A stretch of 64,000 nt of DNA, from the NCBI GenBank assembly GCA_973895155.1, contig OZ316892.1, positions 10,520,283-10,584,282 on the forward strand. Direction: 5' to 3'. Numbering within the stretch: the first letter of the stretch is position 1; every line of letters starts with the position of its first letter. Shown one piece after another: positions 50,992-63,062 of this stretch. The notes beneath the pieces are model-generated. The model made no database searches. It saw only the letters and a program-made list of their open reading frames with translations, and was not told the DNA's origin. The position numbers and the translations under genes are program-made. Source of the stretch: Marsupella aquatica (Eukaryota > Plantae > Marchantiophyta).

Positions 50992-52723
50992 CTAGCCCCA
51001 TGCCCGTGTGTTGCACGAAAGATGTTGAGTGAGGTCAAGATGTCGAGGTGAGGGCAAGATTTCAAGTGAAAGCAAGATGTTGAGGTGAGGACAAGATTTC
51101 TAGGTGAGGGCAAGATTCTGAGTGAGGGCTGGATGTTGAGGGTGAATGCAGCATTTTGAGGTGAGGGCAAGATGTGGAGGTGAGGGCAAGATTCCGAGTG
51201 AGGGCTGGATGTCGAGGTGAATGCAACATTTTGAGGTGAGGGCAAGATGTTGAGGCAAGCCAAGAAAAGATGTTGAGGAGAGACAAAGATATCGAGGAGA
51301 GGGTAATATGTCAAGGAGATGCAAAGATGTCGAGGCGAGGGCCAGATGTTGAGGAGAGGCAAAGATGTCTAGGCAAGGGCAAGATGTCAAGGGGAGGGAA
51401 AAGATGTCAAGGAGAGGCAAAAATGTTTAGATGAGGGCAAGATGTCAAGGAGAGGCATAGATGTCAAGGAGAGTAAAAAATATTTAGATGTTAAGGGTAA
51501 GATATCGAGGCAAGGGCCAGATGAGGAGAGGCAAAGATGTGGGGCAAGATGTCAAGGAGAGGGTAAGATGTTGAGGAGATGCAAAGATGTTGAGGCCAGG
51601 GCAAGATGCCAAGGAGATGCAAAGATGTCAAGGCGAGGGCAAGATGTCAAGGGGAGGGAAAGAGGTCAAGTGAGGTCAAAGCAACGTCAAAGCAGGGTAA
51701 AACACAAATAATTACGAAGAAAGGCAATGTTTAGAAATACATTAAAGGAACTAAACTTTTTGCTTTGTCTAAAAGCAAAAAGACAGACACAAAAGGCAAA
51801 GGGGGCAAAACCCAACATACCAAAAGGGAGTTAGTGGAGATCGTATCCAGAGCTATTAATGGAGTTTTGCAGATCAAGGGTCAACAAAAAACTTCTTCAA
51901 TTTCCATCCGATGGTTGAGGTTGAATCCGGCCCAATCTTGCGATTGTAAGCAGATGATGCCCATAAATGGATGGGGTCCCTTATTGTGTGATAGCCCCAT
52001 CCCCAGAAGAATTTGAGGCGAGGCAAGGATGTAGAGGCAAAAGAAAGAATGATGTCAAGGCAAGGCAAGAATGTCGAAGCGAGTGAAAATGTCAAGGCGA
52101 AAGCAAGACAAAGATGTTGAGGCAAGACAACAATGTTGAGGAGGGAAACACTTTTTGTTTTAATGTTCAATGTTTCAAGTTTTTGATAAATAAGTATTTT
52201 TATGCACAAAAAACTATAAGTTTTCCATCATGGAAAAGCTCTTGGGCTGGCAAAAATATTATCCCCTCTATCCTTTTTTTGCTTTGTAGTTTTTCCATGT
52301 ACTCAACTTTATTTTACTTCTTTTTTTCCTTTTATCTTAGGAACCAACCCTCTCACTCCTTGTGGCTTTTCCCCGTTATCTGTAGTATTCATGATACCCT
52401 GGGAGAGTAATACATAATCATACTCTATGCAAAATCCAAAAAGTTTAAAATGCCCCAAAAGTTTCTGGTTGGGATGTGTGTAATTCAATAAAAAAGAAAG
52501 ATACATTTTAGATGATGTCACATAAGAATGTATATAAGAATCATCTCATGTAGTCTGTATTGTATTATAAAGAGAACTATATCATTTGACACTCTTAGTG
52601 AATCAATCCAAGAGTACACAAAAAACTTAAAATAATCTGACTGCTTAGGTTGATTCCGTCCATTTTCAAGTTTGTAAACAGACTAATGTACTTTTTGGCG
52701 GCATTGCATATTATAGCTGTAGA
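50992..52723 (-). mobile_element. Non-autonomous Helitron (~1.7 kb), both termini present
   Basis: On the minus strand the 5' end is A|TCTACAGCTATAATATGCAATGCCGCCAAAAAG (52723). The 3' end is CGTGCAACACACGGGCATGGGG-CTAG|T (50992). A ~19-bp GACATCTTGCCCTCACCTC minisatellite fills ~51020-51680. Confidence 0.8.
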
Positions 52724-53409
52724 TACTCTTTCTTTCTCATGGTCTCTTTCCAAACTGTCACCGTGGCCAGAGCCTCCCAGGCCATTGGATTGTGATGAGT
52801 TTTTCTCCCAACCGGGAGATGGACCTAAAGGTGCCACAATGCACCTTTTCCTATGTCCAACCCGTTACTCTCTCCACAGCTCACACACCCTAAACCCTTT
52901 CCAGTTGCCAACGTGACTTGCCAACTCTCTGCAATTGCCTAACCATCTCACATATGCTGGACAACACTTCCCCTCAAAAACTTTTAGTTAATGTTGACAA
53001 TACTTTGAAGTCTGAAGGGATGGGCATAAGCCCAACTACTTTCAAACCTCTGCCCCTTCCCTTACAAATAGCACAAGCTTGCCATGACCATCTCCAAACT
53101 TTATTCACTCTAGACTCTTAATTCCTAGGTGTATCCCATAAAGTATGAGAGAAATTAATCAGCCCAGTGAAAGGAAGGCCATCTGGCTGGATTTTAGCTA
53201 AGCACTCAATGAAACAAACTCCACATCTACCACCCTACCCATCGATGGAACAACGAAAATATTACTGCAAATCGAGTGGTGTGCCTAGTGTAATGTTCAG
53301 GGAGAAATTTTCGAAGATACAGCTCTCATGGGCCCACGCCCGAGAAACCTCGATCGACGACGAAAATTGGCAGAATGAATCCAAGGTGAAAGACATACTC
53401 AGTAGTCCA

Positions 53410-53530
53410 TGGTCTTGTTGGCTTTTTGGCTTTTTGGCCTTCTGGCCTTTTCCTTGTATTCCCTTGATTGGGTTTTTGGCCTCTGTGATCCGGTCTCCCG
53501 GTTCAGCGCCCCCCTGCTGCTTTTTGGCAG
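53410..53530 (+). mobile_element. Short fragment resembling the LINE 3' UTR
   Basis: tttttggccttctggcctttt...tgatccggt...ggttca resembles 3160-3220 (tttttggccttgtggcccttt...tgatccgtggggttca). The similarity is patchy. Confidence 0.35.
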
Positions 53531-55102
53531 CTTGATATAGAGTATGACTTGTCTAGTGCCTACTTCACCACTCTGAACAAGTTTAGACTTTCTAGGACCA
53601 TTCCTCCGACCACTTCACCGCCCTGCATGGCGGCGGGTGTTGACAATTCCACCTTAGCCGCCCTACCTTTCCCTCTCATAATGTGGATTCTACTTTGTGA
53701 GCGCTCCGATTCTCTGAGCCAAAGCTGACATCCTGAAGGTCTTCAAGGTTGAATGGCCGGTAGACCGATTTATGAGTGTGTCGGGAATCGGATTCGCACC
53801 AATCTTTGCCATGCCCGCTGATTCAGGACCTCTCAAACTACTTGCAAAGTAATACAGTGCCATTGACGAGCATTCCTCTCTCTCCCAGCCTTTTGAAACA
53901 ACTTCATGGCATATCTCGAATGACTCCAACTGGAGCCCTTGTGCTCGTTCAGTCTGGAATGAGTAGTCGATTGCCAAAGAAAGACCCTTCTAGATTCGAC
54001 ACAAAGTCTCCGATCAAATCAAGATGAGCGCCCCTTCAACTCGATCGAAAGAACTCCCAACTCTTATGTCGGAATCGCTAGAAGTCGAGATGCTAAAAGT
54101 CTCTAATACAGATCACCGGTGAGTGATATTCCAACAGCCTTTGGATCAAGCTAATTAACAAACTGACGATACCATAAGAGGCTTTCGAGGCAAAGAAAAA
54201 ACATGAACAAAATTGATGGCAAACTTCCCGCGCTGAGCTTTGGCTGCAGTAGTCTTTCCGGTTGGGTCCCCCATTCCTCTGCTCAGATAACATTAATGTT
54301 CGTTGCACGGAAAGTCGACCAAAGTAAATAGTAATGTAGCTACTGACTGTGTTCAATAGAAGGCGGTCAATGCGCTCCACAGACACTCTTTATGCAGTGC
54401 GGTTGTAGCTGTCAACCCCTTGGGTCCCCTTTTTGACCCTATTGGGACGTTGAGTGTGTCCGGAAGACTATTCATCATTACAAAATGAACTACTGTCGAG
54501 TCAGAGAATTGGAGTCATCGTCAAAACTAAATCACATCGTCGCAAATTGCCGCGCTGCATTGTCAACAGTTTTCTGAAACGTGAAGGGTTTGGTCTGTCC
54601 ATTGGAACATATAATATTGTGGATGTTCAGAAAGCTTTCAACTACCTTCAAACGAGGTCATCCTGACAATATATTAATGACGCAAGAGCAAGGAGAAGTC
54701 AAAGATAGTAACCTGTAACCTTTTGACTCTCTAGACACATTTGGTCAGACGAACGAAAAGCCTATATTGCCGTTTCTCGTAGTTCGAATCGGTTTTAAAT
54801 CGAACAGTCTGGGCACAATTGAATTGAATTGAATTGAGTAATCTGAGCTCCATTAAGGACAAAGTGAGAGAGGCCGTAAGAGATAGACAGAGGGACTGGA
54901 GCGTGAGTACAAAGGAAGTGAAGGTCACCTGGACCACCAGATCGAAGGAAGGGACCCTTAACCAAGAGAGCAATCGATCGATTGCATATATAGGGGACTG
55001 CATAGTTCATGCCCTTTTGATTTGTGTTGGTGAGGCTCTGCCCTTGTGGAGAATTTACTCTCGCCGTAGATACTGAGCTCTGACTTCTGCAGAATTTGGG
55101 AA

Positions 55103-57436
55103 ATGGGATCCCAACGCCGAGCCATTTGGACCGGTGCCAACGGTATCCAAGCCTCTTGGTGTTTCATGCTTCTAGCTGCGGTGCCGTGGTCTGCTGTGGC
55201 TAATACAGAAGGTATGCAACGTGACACACAACTCTAGACATGGATTTCAAGGCAGGACAGAAACAATTAAATCAAATCATTGCCCGGTCAGAATTTATCC
55301 AGTTGACCTGAGAATGCCCACCAAACGAATTTTAGGTGGGTGAGTTGATGAGAAATCCGAGATTGGCACAGGGCACTTGTGCACAATCGTGAATTTCTGC
55401 CTGTCACAACCTCTATAGATAACTTGGCCTCGGAGGATGGAACTCATACGAACTCGCAATGCTTGTAAGTAGTCGGCATCGTCTCTGATTGGGTCGTCTC
55501 AGAAGCTCTCTTACATTTTATGAGCTGCAGTCGATGCGCTGAATGCCCTGCGCGAGGCTTTAACAGATCCGTTTCAAGTCTTAGAGAGCTGGGATCCATC
55601 CTCAATTAATCCATGCCTCTGGTACCATGTCACTTGCAGCGCCCAAAATTCTGTAATCAGAATGTGAGTACCGAGTCTCCTAAATTACTCCAACTTTGAA
55701 GAATTTCCGTACGTTTCTCTTTCTAGTGTGAGTAAGGGTTGCTCACAAAGTCTTGACGTTTCATTTCGCGTTTGCCTTCAGAGACCTAGGCTACGCCGGG
55801 CTGTCGGGCCCCTTAGTGTCTGAACTTGGTGAGCTGTCCCAACTGCAATACCTGTAAGTTTTCTGATAGATACCCAAACTACACCTTTATCATTCGTCTG
55901 AGGTTGTTTGTTAGGTCGTCAGGTGGTAGGTAGTGATTCTTTCATTTGTAATGATTCTTTCATTTTTTAGATTAAAAAAACCGAGGTAATAATTTGACAG
56001 AAATCATAGAGATTTGTAGATTCTCACGGAGAGAACTGAGAGATTTGATCCTGATTACTTTTCCTCCAGGGAAATGTACTCTAACAACTTAAGTGGAGCG
56101 ATTCCATCGAGCCTTGGAAACCTCACAAAACTGGTTAGCCTGGACCTGTATGAAAATATTTTCATTGGGGAAATTCCTGTGGAGTTGGGCAGCCTTTCAA
56201 AGCTTCAATTTCTGTAAGTCATCTCGAACGAGTCCATTGCAAGTTCTCATGCTGTTTTGATCAATGGTCTTCCAAGGCCTTTTTCAGGGGAACTTAGTTT
56301 CTTTTCTCTTATCTGCTTTTCCACCTATATCGCATTTATTGAAATCAATGGAACTTTAACAATTTTCACCCCAACTTCTGAAGTACTGTAGGTCTTACTA
56401 CAACCTAAGGTAGGGTTGTGTTTCCTCCAGTCTGTGCTAGAGGATCCTCTCTCCTGCTTTCATTAGTAGAGGACCGGGAGACATACACCCAGTGCTTAGT
56501 GCTGCCAAGACTATTCCCTTTTCTTTGAGATAAGAAACCTCTCGCAGGCGTTTGATGTTGAGGGAAGCATCAATTCTCCCGGCACACAGAAGTAGGGCTT
56601 GGTTGTAGTAATCGTTTTAGTGAAAGCTCAATTTCGTATGGTGGTGGCTCGGTTGGGGTGGTATACTCTTGAAGCTCTCCGTTTCTTTGTACCATGCTCA
56701 TTGTTGTCTGTGGCGTCTGGGTGTACAGCCGATTAGATAACAATCATCTTACTGGCCCAATCCCAGAGTCACTCACTGGCTTGGACAACCTGCAAGTGCT
56801 GTAAGATTCTAATCCTTTCATATATCATTTCTTCACACGTCTGAAGGATTGTGGGTCAATATAAAGATTTGTCAACAATATTCTGCTAGTTTCATCTTCT
56901 CAGCAACACCGGTTTTGTTAAGCAAGTTCATTGTCAGCAAATATCATAGAACATTTGTTTCCTTCGTACCTTGGCTATATTAATGAACTGATGAGAAACT
57001 GATTGAAAAATATGTAGTGACCTTTCAAACAACACATTGAGCGGGGATATTCCAGTTACTGGCGTGTTTGCCAACTTCACTTACAAGAGGTACTGTTATA
57101 GCCCGCACCGGTGTGTACCTTCAAGTTACATCAGTTGGCTGGGATTCATTATGGTTGCAATTCATGTTTTCTCCTCTGCCCCATCTTCTGGAGTAGGCGA
57201 GTTTACTCTACTTGGTTATGATGCACATCAGGCCTAAGGCTCCTTGTCAAATGGTAATTGACAGAGTAAATAGCAGAATTGATTCAAGTAAGAAACAATT
57301 AATCGCTGGATTGCTCTGATACAATGTGTCCCAATGTCACATCAGCTTCGAAGGAAATCCTGGTCTACACTACCCTGCCTTGCTCTTTGCTCCAGCACCA
57401 TCTTCAATTGTACCAGCTCCGACTTCGGGACTGTAA
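55103..57436 (+). CDS. Secreted SERK-ectodomain-like leucine-rich repeat protein, copy 2, 7 exons
   Basis: Exons 55103-55211, 55531-55663, 55782-55853, 56070-56213, 56729-56800, 57018-57089 and 57346-57436. Exons 1-6 have the same sizes as in copy 1. Reads [40 protein letters not shown]...[30 protein letters not shown]. Confidence 0.9.
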
Positions 57437-58009
57437 TATTGCTGTGAGTGGACTTGTGAAGTATATGGCGGAACATTGTCCACATTGTCTTCATTCTGAT
57501 CCTTCTACCTTTGTTACGTTTTGCTCTCATATTGTAAACTTTGAAGAGTAATAAAGCTTCAATGTGACTGTCACAATTTTTCATTTCTTAGCTAATGTCT
57601 GTCACTTGGGAGCAGACTGACAAGCTCTATTGAACATGCCTACAAGAGTTTACTTCACAGTGTTCTAGACTAGTGCATGTATGCCAGCAACACCGAATTT
57701 CCATATATTTTTTCACAGAATTCCAGACCATTCCCGATTTAAGAAAAAACCACCTCTTTCATTGTCCATGAACTCGATCTAACTTAACATGTCAGGTTTG
57801 GTTATTTGGAGGATGAACTAACAGAGGAGTTTGCCCTGAAGGGAGGATGATTGGAATTTGGAGCTAACGCTTTTGTTCTGCACCCTGTTTTCTTGCAGTA
57901 GATATCCTACTTTCCATGACGGCTATTCCTATCGTGAAACTTGAACCAGCACACCCTCGGGGGTTTCACTTCCACAAAAATGGCATATCACGTGCGACGA
58001 ATGATAGGG

Positions 58010-58240
58010 TCATTTTATTGGTTCTAAGGGAAGACTTAAGAATTTTTGTAGAAGAACAATAGGGTCTTTTAAATCCAATTTTGAGACTTAAAAGAACATT
58101 AGGGTCTTTTTAATCCAAAATTTAGAATATTCCAAGAATATTCCAACTTTATAGGGGTTAAAAAATAAAAAAAATTCTTACATTTTAGGGGGTCCAAGGC
58201 CTAAAAACGTCGCAGACGATGGGGAGGTCCCCATATAGTG
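58010..58240 (+). repeat. Dispersed repeat shared with ~21560-21760
   Basis: Both loci contain aatccaattttgaga...gaatattccaagaatattcca...taggggt.aaaaa...ttttaggg. Confidence 0.65.
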
Positions 58241-58689
58241 AGACCCCTGAGAGCACACCATCATAGCCTTTGTATTGGGACTCCCATGTATTGCAGAAGA
58301 TAATTGAAAAACCAAAGAAGGTGGTCCACTTTCCTTCCAAATTGTTACCCTTCCTCTACTTTCCCTTTCATTTGAGCACTACTCAATACAACCTTGCACA
58401 TAACTATGGTGTGGCTCCCATGTAGCCATCATGCACCATAAGCCCAAGCACAAGTACTGAGCTCTGGTGGCTCCAAAAATGGTGTGTAAAATTTGCACTC
58501 TAGGCCAAACACAACGAGACATACTTAATTTGACATTCAGAGGGCTTGAAAGGTGTTAATTTCGCTTGTCCACTTATTATGTGGTTCAAAATACTTTCTT
58601 CTCAATATTGGAGGAGAAATGCTTACTGTTTGGAGGATTGTACCACTTCCCTACAAGTGCATCCTGCTTACTTTTGTTCCATTACCTAG

Positions 58690-58843
58690 TCTGAAAGCAG
58701 CCATTTCATATCTGGTTTCATAGATTGGTGAAATTATGAAACTACTATACTTATATAGTGAATCCATCTGAAAGCAGCCATTTCATATCTGGTTTCATAG
58801 ATTGGTGAAATTATGAAACTACTATACTTATATAGTGAATCCA
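58690..58843. repeat. Perfect 77-bp tandem duplication
   Basis: TCTGAAAGCAGCCATTTC...TATAGTGAATCCA occurs twice. Confidence 0.93.
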
Positions 58844-59682
58844 CCTTTCAAATTTTTTCCTCTGGGGTTGACTGTCAAAAATTTTAGAAACCATATGCGA
58901 TTCAAAATAGGTATTTGGTAACAATGAACTAAATTTTGAAAAAACATAAGAGGCAAAAGAAAGTATTATAAACTCATGTTTATAGAATATTTTTTAATAT
59001 ATATTTTTTATAAAATAAAATAGGTTATTAATATTGAAAATAAAAAATATTTATAGAATATTTTTTTACAAAATAGGTCTATTTATATTAGACTAGGATC
59101 GCACATGGGACTCCAAAATATACACTTAGTTCTCCCCCCCCCCCCCCCCCCCAAATTTTGTCAGTGTCCAGTATTTTGATTTTAATGTGCCTTAACAAGG
59201 TGAATTGTTTGTATTAAGTTGATTTTGAATTAACTTTTGGACCACTTTTAATCTTAGTGAACTTAAAGTATTTTGAATATATTTGGTTCCCCTCATAACA
59301 TTTAATCTTTCATTTTGAATCACTCTTTAGTGAATTCTCTCTTTTCTCATGAGAGTGAGAGAAATTAATATGAATGTTGTGCACATCTAGTGTACTAAGT
59401 TCAACTTGTAGTTCATTACAAAATTTATGGTTTTAATTGAGTTGACTGTCATTACCTAAAAGCAAGTAAAAATATTAGAAGCAATTGAAATTATGTCAAT
59501 ACTAAATGTGCACAGCTTTTTAATATCTTTGTACTTTCTTGGTCATAATGTGCTTTTCTTGGATAGATCGATATTAATCCACTTAATACTTGGATCTAAA
59601 TAAGATTGTATTAACTTGGATTCAATTTAATCAAGAATTTAATAAGATTATATCTAAGTTAATCCAAATTAATCAGATTATA

Positions 59683-61714
59683 TCTACATCTATAATATAG
59701 AATCACGCCAAAAGAGGTGATCGTCCATTTACAAACTAGCTTTTGGTGGGAACTCATGTACACCTTTAGATTTATTATGCCACTTTTGAGAACCGTCAGA
59801 TTATCTAAAGTTGAGATAACTTATAAAATGTGTATAGATACATGAATAAGGAATTATGATATCTATATACAATTTAATGTACATAAGTAAATGTATAAAG
59901 AGGTACAAGTTACAACCTCCACTCAATCATTATTGGGAGAATCCCAAGGAGAGGGAACGAAGACCAGGAAATAATTTCTACAGTTTTTTTGTCTTTTTGA
60001 GAAGATTTTTATTTCTTTCCATTTTAATTTTTTGGGGGAAATTGGGAGATACTTTTGGGGAATTTGTTCTTATATATTTATTATTGAAGAGACCATTATG
60101 TGATTTTTGTGGGTTGTTGTGTGATGCTGTTCTTTTTCCTTGGGGGGAAGGGTGGGGCAACGTGTTTAAAATAGGAAAGTAAATTAAGGTGTCATAGTGT
60201 GAGAAGGTGTGAGTACTTTTGGGTTGGTGGTGGCATGTATGGGGGTGCAAGGCGATTAATTGCCTGGCCCCTCTTGAGACTTGCCAATCTCTCATCAGGA
60301 TTGAATCCACCTCTCAATTGATTAATTATCCTATAAAATTTTGCTTTTGAATTTCTTTCATGTCCTTCCCCCCTCTTGCCTTCCATTTGCGGCCCTCTCC
60401 ACACTAGCCAGATGTAAGGCAAAACCCCACTGCCCATAACTCACTCCATGGCCATCTGACCCCACCCTACATATGTTCCACCTTTCTTCCGCCCTTCTGC
60501 TCTCCTTCTGGCCACCCTGACTCCTCAACTCTTGGCACCCAACTACTCCACGGGCCTGTCAGCACCGGAAGCCCTCTCCAAGTAATGTGGGGGGTGCGGA
60601 AGGAAAAGGAAAAATCAAGGAGGAAGGAAAAAGACAATGAAAAAAAAGGTTAAGGGAGAAATTAAGGATGTGATAAAATAAAGGTCATCTAATTTATGTG
60701 ACATTTTTGGTGACCATTGGATTCCCCAAACGAGGGGGAGAAGATTATCGACCAATGGGAGAGAGAAGCCATTAGGGGGCTTGCATGGTTTCTTTGTTGT
60801 CAACACTCTACTTGCCATATGTCTATATTAGTCCCGCCCTAGCTCTCACCTTAGGGCTTGCCTAACACTTCTGACTCTCTACCCTTTCGTGTCTTCCATC
60901 CCCTATTTGTTTGTTGACCTCTGAAATGTTTGATTGCATGGATTTCTATAATGACAACATTTTCTCAATGAGTGACACACTTTTTGCAATGACAATACGA
61001 GGAAGGGTGAGCGCGAGAGGGAGGAGAGAAAGGAGAGAGAAGGGGCAGTACGGGAAAGGATGGGATAGGAGGCTATGAGGGCAGGGAAAAAAATCTCCAT
61101 CCACGCACCTTGCAACCGCGCCTGCCCCCGCCACTATAGCCTGTTTTGTGTTCACCCCCATCACTTTGGCAATAACAACATGGCTACAATGACTTCATGG
61201 CCGTCATAAAAACATGTTCCCAACAACAATCATGCAACACACAATCTTCTTTCACCTTGACGTCTTTGTCTCATCTTGACATCTTTTTCTCATCTCGGCG
61301 ACTTTTCTCTCCCTCACATGTTTTGTCCTCTGTCACCTTGACATGTTTTTTCCTCACTTTGACATATATTTCTCACTTGGACATCGTTTTCTCTCCTTGA
61401 CATGTTTTCCTTTCCTTGGCATCTTTTCCTCTCCTCAACATCGCTTGCTGACCTTCACATCTTTTCTCTCCTTCACATCTTTTGCTCACCTCAACATCTT
61501 TTCTTTTCCTTGACATCTTTTGTTCACCTTGACATCTTTTCTTTTCTCAACATCTTTTCATCTCCTTGACATCTTTTGCTCACCTCAATATTTTTCTCTC
61601 CTTGACATCTTATCTCACCTCAACACATTGTCTTCTCCTTGACATCTTTTTCTCTCCTCAACCTCTTTTTTTCTCACCTTGACATATTCTGTGCAAGGCA
61701 TGGGCATTGAGCTA
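59683..61714 (+). mobile_element. Non-autonomous Helitron (~2 kb) with a degenerate 3' terminus
   Basis: 5' end A|TCTACATCTATAATATAGAATCACGCCAAAAG...CGTCCATTTACAAA. GACATCTT minisatellite at ~61240-61690. 3' end GTGCAAGGCATGGGCATTGAG-CTA(T). Confidence 0.65.
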
Positions 61715-63062
61715 TCTAACACTATAATAACCGATGCCGCCTTTTTTTGCCTTTCGTCCATTTACAAAATGAGCTGAGCACGGGAGTCATCCATGGCCAT
61801 TGGAGTTTTTGACGTCTTTTAAGGGATGTTCATTGGTTTGTCTGCCTCGCCTTCAAATAATCTTTTTACTTGCCTTGAGTCTATGGTGGTGGATGGAGGA
61901 TGTGTGGAATCATTGATTCATGCAATTTACCCATCTCTTGCTCCTATGGACGACAGGTTCTTAAGTGAAAGAACTACCCTGGCGCTGACAAATGACGAGG
62001 CACTAAAAATTAATGACTCAGATATCTTACGTCCGGATCAGTTCGAAGAGGAGAATTTCCACCCTACGGAGTTCTTGAATACACTCACGTCGAGTGGTTT
62101 GTCACCTCATAAGTTGGTAGTGAAAGTTGGATGCCCTATCATTTTACTTTGGATTATAGATCACTCTCCCGATCACTCTTTGGGGTTGTGTAATGGTACC
62201 CTGCTAATTGTGAGAGCAATGAATCGTAGTGTCATTGAGGCACGAGTTCTTGTAGGAAAGCATGCAAGGACCCTTACATTTATCCCACAGATTTCGTTGA
62301 CATCTGACAAATTACTTCCTTTTTTATTATGTAGGGTCCAAATTCTCACTCAAGTGGCATATGCAATGACCATAAACAAGGTTCAAGGTTAGACTTTAGA
62401 ACATGTAGGGTTACAGCTTTCAAAGCCTGTATTTAGTCACGGACAATTTGTGTAGCATTTTCAAGGGCAACATCTTCTACAACTATCAAGGTTTTCCTTT
62501 CGGATTCCGAGGAGGGTAACTGAAGCAAGGTTGACAAAAAATGTTGTATATGGTGAGGTTCTTTATTGAACGCATGAATAAAGATTGCATGTATCACTTT
62601 TGTATTAATCTGTTTGACTTTTTGCCTGAATTATATGTTGGCAATGCACAACCATGTTTGCCTCGCCTCAAAATCTTACCCTCACCTCGACATCTTGCCC
62701 TCACCTCGACATCTTACCATCACCTTCACATCTTGCGCTCACCTCAACATCTTGCCCTCACCTCGACATCTTACCATCATCTGCACATCTTGCCCTCACC
62801 TCGACATCTTACCATCATCTGCACATCTTGCCCTCACCTCAACATCTTGCCCTCACCTCGACATCTTACCATCATCTCACATCTTGCCCTCACCTTGACA
62901 TCTTACCATCATCTCACATCTTGCCCTTGCCTCGACATCTTGCCCTCTACTGGACATCTTGCCTTCACCTCGACATCTTGCCCTCTCCTTGAAATCTTGC
63001 CCTCTCCTCGACATCTTGCCCTCACTCGAAGTCTTTCGTGCAACGCACGGGCATGGGGCTAG
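61715..63062 (+). mobile_element. Internally deleted Helitron (~1.35 kb) carrying a PIF1 helicase remnant
   Basis: 5' end A|TCTAACACTATAATAA...CGTCCATTTACAAA. 19-bp minisatellite at ~62660-63030. 3' hairpin CGTGC-AAC-GCACG, then GGCATGGGG and CTAG|T at 63059-63062. Confidence 0.85.
61900..62560 (+). pseudogene. Helitron RepHel C-terminal PIF1-like helicase fragment (disrupted)
   Basis: PTEFLNTLTSSGLSPHKLVVKVGCPIILL...LGLCNGT..., then YAMTINKVQG*TLEHVGLQLSKPVFSHGQ. There is an in-frame stop at 62390 and a frameshift before the AFSRATS-like motif VI. Confidence 0.88.

Noticed and set aside
50976-51711. Several overlapping ORFs with repetitive HLALTSTSCPHLDILPSP translations (also 62541-63062 and 22673-23045)
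   Set aside because: They are artefacts of stop-poor 17-20-bp Helitron minisatellites that are open in multiple frames.
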